Shown: positions 61,791-64,000 of the stretch, one piece after another | How the letters are laid out: each line of letters opens with the position of its first letter | Position numbering within the stretch: position 1 is the first letter of the stretch | NCBI GenBank assembly: GCA_001938485.1 | Contig: MQRK01186363.1 | Coordinates: 9,320 to 73,319 of the forward strand | From: Girardia tigrina | Lineage: Eukaryota | Reading direction: 5' to 3' | DNA: 64,000 nucleotides | Made by a program: the position numbers and the translations under genes | Notes under the pieces: generated by a model | What the model saw: only the letters and a program-made list of their open reading frames with translations | Told to the model about the DNA's origin: nothing | Databases searched by the model: none

Positions 61791-64000
61791 AGTTTTGTTT
61801 ATAAATAATAAAGTTCTCGTTGAATAAAAGACTTTAATGGCTAACAACATATAAAATTTAACAACATATAAAAATAATAGAAATGAATTTAAGATTAACT
61901 TCTAGAAAATCTGAGAATGAACAATAATAGTTAATAAAATAATATTTCTATTGTGTACTTACATAAAAACAGTTAATTAATTATTATTGATTTTTATAAA
62001 CTAATCAATACTTTTTAACTTAATAAAAATAATGTATATTAAAAGTAAAGCTTAATGCAAAAAGATGTGCTAATATTATCTGATAATTTAATAATTAATA
62101 GTTAGACAATTATTAATATATTAATTATACCTTTTTACAAAGTCATAATATAATAAATTACATATTCTGAGTAATGAAGTAAAATGTTTATAAATTTTCT
62201 TATTTCTATTTTGTTATGAATACAAATTTTATAATTATAATTCGCCTTATAGTTACGAAGAACTTAACGATATTTAAAAACATTAGCATTTGTTCCCTTC
62301 ATCTTGAATGAATAATTTTAGACACGTTTTATAAAAAAAATGTTTCTGAAATGTCTTTGTATTTTTTAATATTAAATAGATTTTTTAAATTATGAAACTT
62401 TTTAATGAAAACAAATAAAGATCATTAAAATTTATAAGACCAGTTTCATATGTAAACATTTTGAATGAGTCCAATAACACAGAGATCATGGGGATAAGAA
62501 TACTGTTGTTGAGTTCAAGTAAAATATTAAATGTTAGATGATTTTAAGTTATTTATTGAATCAGTGTAAGTATTTTAATTCACAAACAGCGCCCTAATCA
62601 CTCTGTTAAGGTTTTTCGTATTCTTCTATAACAAGGACTTAGATAAACATATTTCTTTTCTCTAGACGAGTAATACGAATAATTCTGTTTCAATCACTAT
62701 ATCAATAACTAAATCTGTCATAAAAACAAATAATTAAAATGTATTAATAGCGGAGCGAGCGCAACGGAATCGTGGCTGCGGCACTCTGGTGTTGGGAGGC
62801 GGAATTCCGGCCGGGGGAATAATAAATCAATTTATTCTCACACGCGACACTGATCTCCAAATTTGTCCCGTCGATCCATCATTTCGTCACAAAAATTCAC
62901 ACCATCCTTCTACAAAAACTGCAACTCCGAATAAATAACATCGAGCGATAATTTTCTGTCACAATCACCATTGTTATTATTTTCGGGTCTCCTCGGCGTG
63001 GACCCCGCGACGGACTTCTCGTCGATATCGCCACTGGAAGCTGGAGATTTATTGACCGACATTTAGACTGATTGACTTTATCTTCGATAAAAAAACAAAT
63101 CACCAAATATTTTTAATGGCATCTTTTCAAAATAATTCAAGATCAAAAAGAGAACAACATTTTCGAGCCAATATAATTTTATTGAAACCTTAAAACAAAT
63201 CAATAAAAAATAATAATTCGACAAAATAAATTTTCCGTTTTAAAAAATAACAAACATTTTACTTGTTCATAACACATACTTATTATTAATTCATTGAAGA
63301 GCATACGAATAATTATTCCATTTACAATTTCTTTTCTTTTAATTTGAAATTTATCACAAAACATATTTTTATTGAATAGTTTAAATAAATTTTATTTTCT
63401 AACCTTTTAAGATCAAAAATACACTTTATATACACAACAATAAATATTTAATACATTCAAATTCTGTGAATTATTCTTTTCATCCTACCTCTATTGTCTT
63501 TAGAATTACAGAAACTTAACATTTTCTGAAGACGCATGCAATTTGAAAAAAAAACATTTAATGAAATAGGGTTACTTCGGCTTGTAAATTGTGAGTGATT
63601 ATCATAACAAATAAACTCTCGAGATATTTCTCAAATAAATCAAAAACTTCATTTGGTGTCCAAGTTAATCTTTAATTAATTCTACAAATTAAATGTGGTA
63701 TATCAATTTAAATTTCACAGTGTAAAACCTTGTACAAAGGAGAAACAAATCATCATCTCCGCACTCGGATAGCTGAATACATCCAATCGAGTTGGAAACA
63801 CAAGTTAGTTCATTCTTTTTGTAAATAATATTCGTTAAAAATTTAATTAACTAGCCTGAAAAGTCATAAAAAGGATATTTTTCTTCTTACAAAAAAATCC
63901 CGTTTCATCTCTCATATAAAAATTCGAATAAATGAAGTTGTACCCGATAGAAAAGAAGACAGCTAATATTTGTTTTACCATCTCATATCTTGGAAAGGAA

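Overview
Very AT-rich eukaryotic (metazoan) DNA that is almost entirely nested, mostly decayed transposable elements. The composition and element mix would fit a planarian or other flatworm, but that is inference only. LTR elements: a Ty3/Gypsy element (minus strand, ~2.8-8.0 kb) with a mariner inserted in pol, several dispersed LTRs of the same family carrying a conserved Cys-motif ORF, a CsRn1-like Gypsy fragment, and a compact 3.7-kb element with 99-bp LTRs whose primer-binding site matches the 5' end of tRNA-Lys(UUU) rather than a tRNA 3' end. DNA transposons: a full-length Chapaev3 plus pogo/Tigger, hAT, Tc1/mariner and piggyBac-type remnants and MITEs. Other features: Penelope GIY-YIG fragments with four minimal hammerhead ribozyme motifs, two copies of a 5S-rRNA-headed repeat, an intronless LanC-like (LANCL) pseudogene fragment directly behind an LTR start, one probable host exon (signal peptide plus Cys-rich module at 50.9-51.1 kb), several orphan ORFs, and assembly gaps at 4746-4889 and 53617-53666. 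All alignments and translations beyond the ORF track were done by eye.
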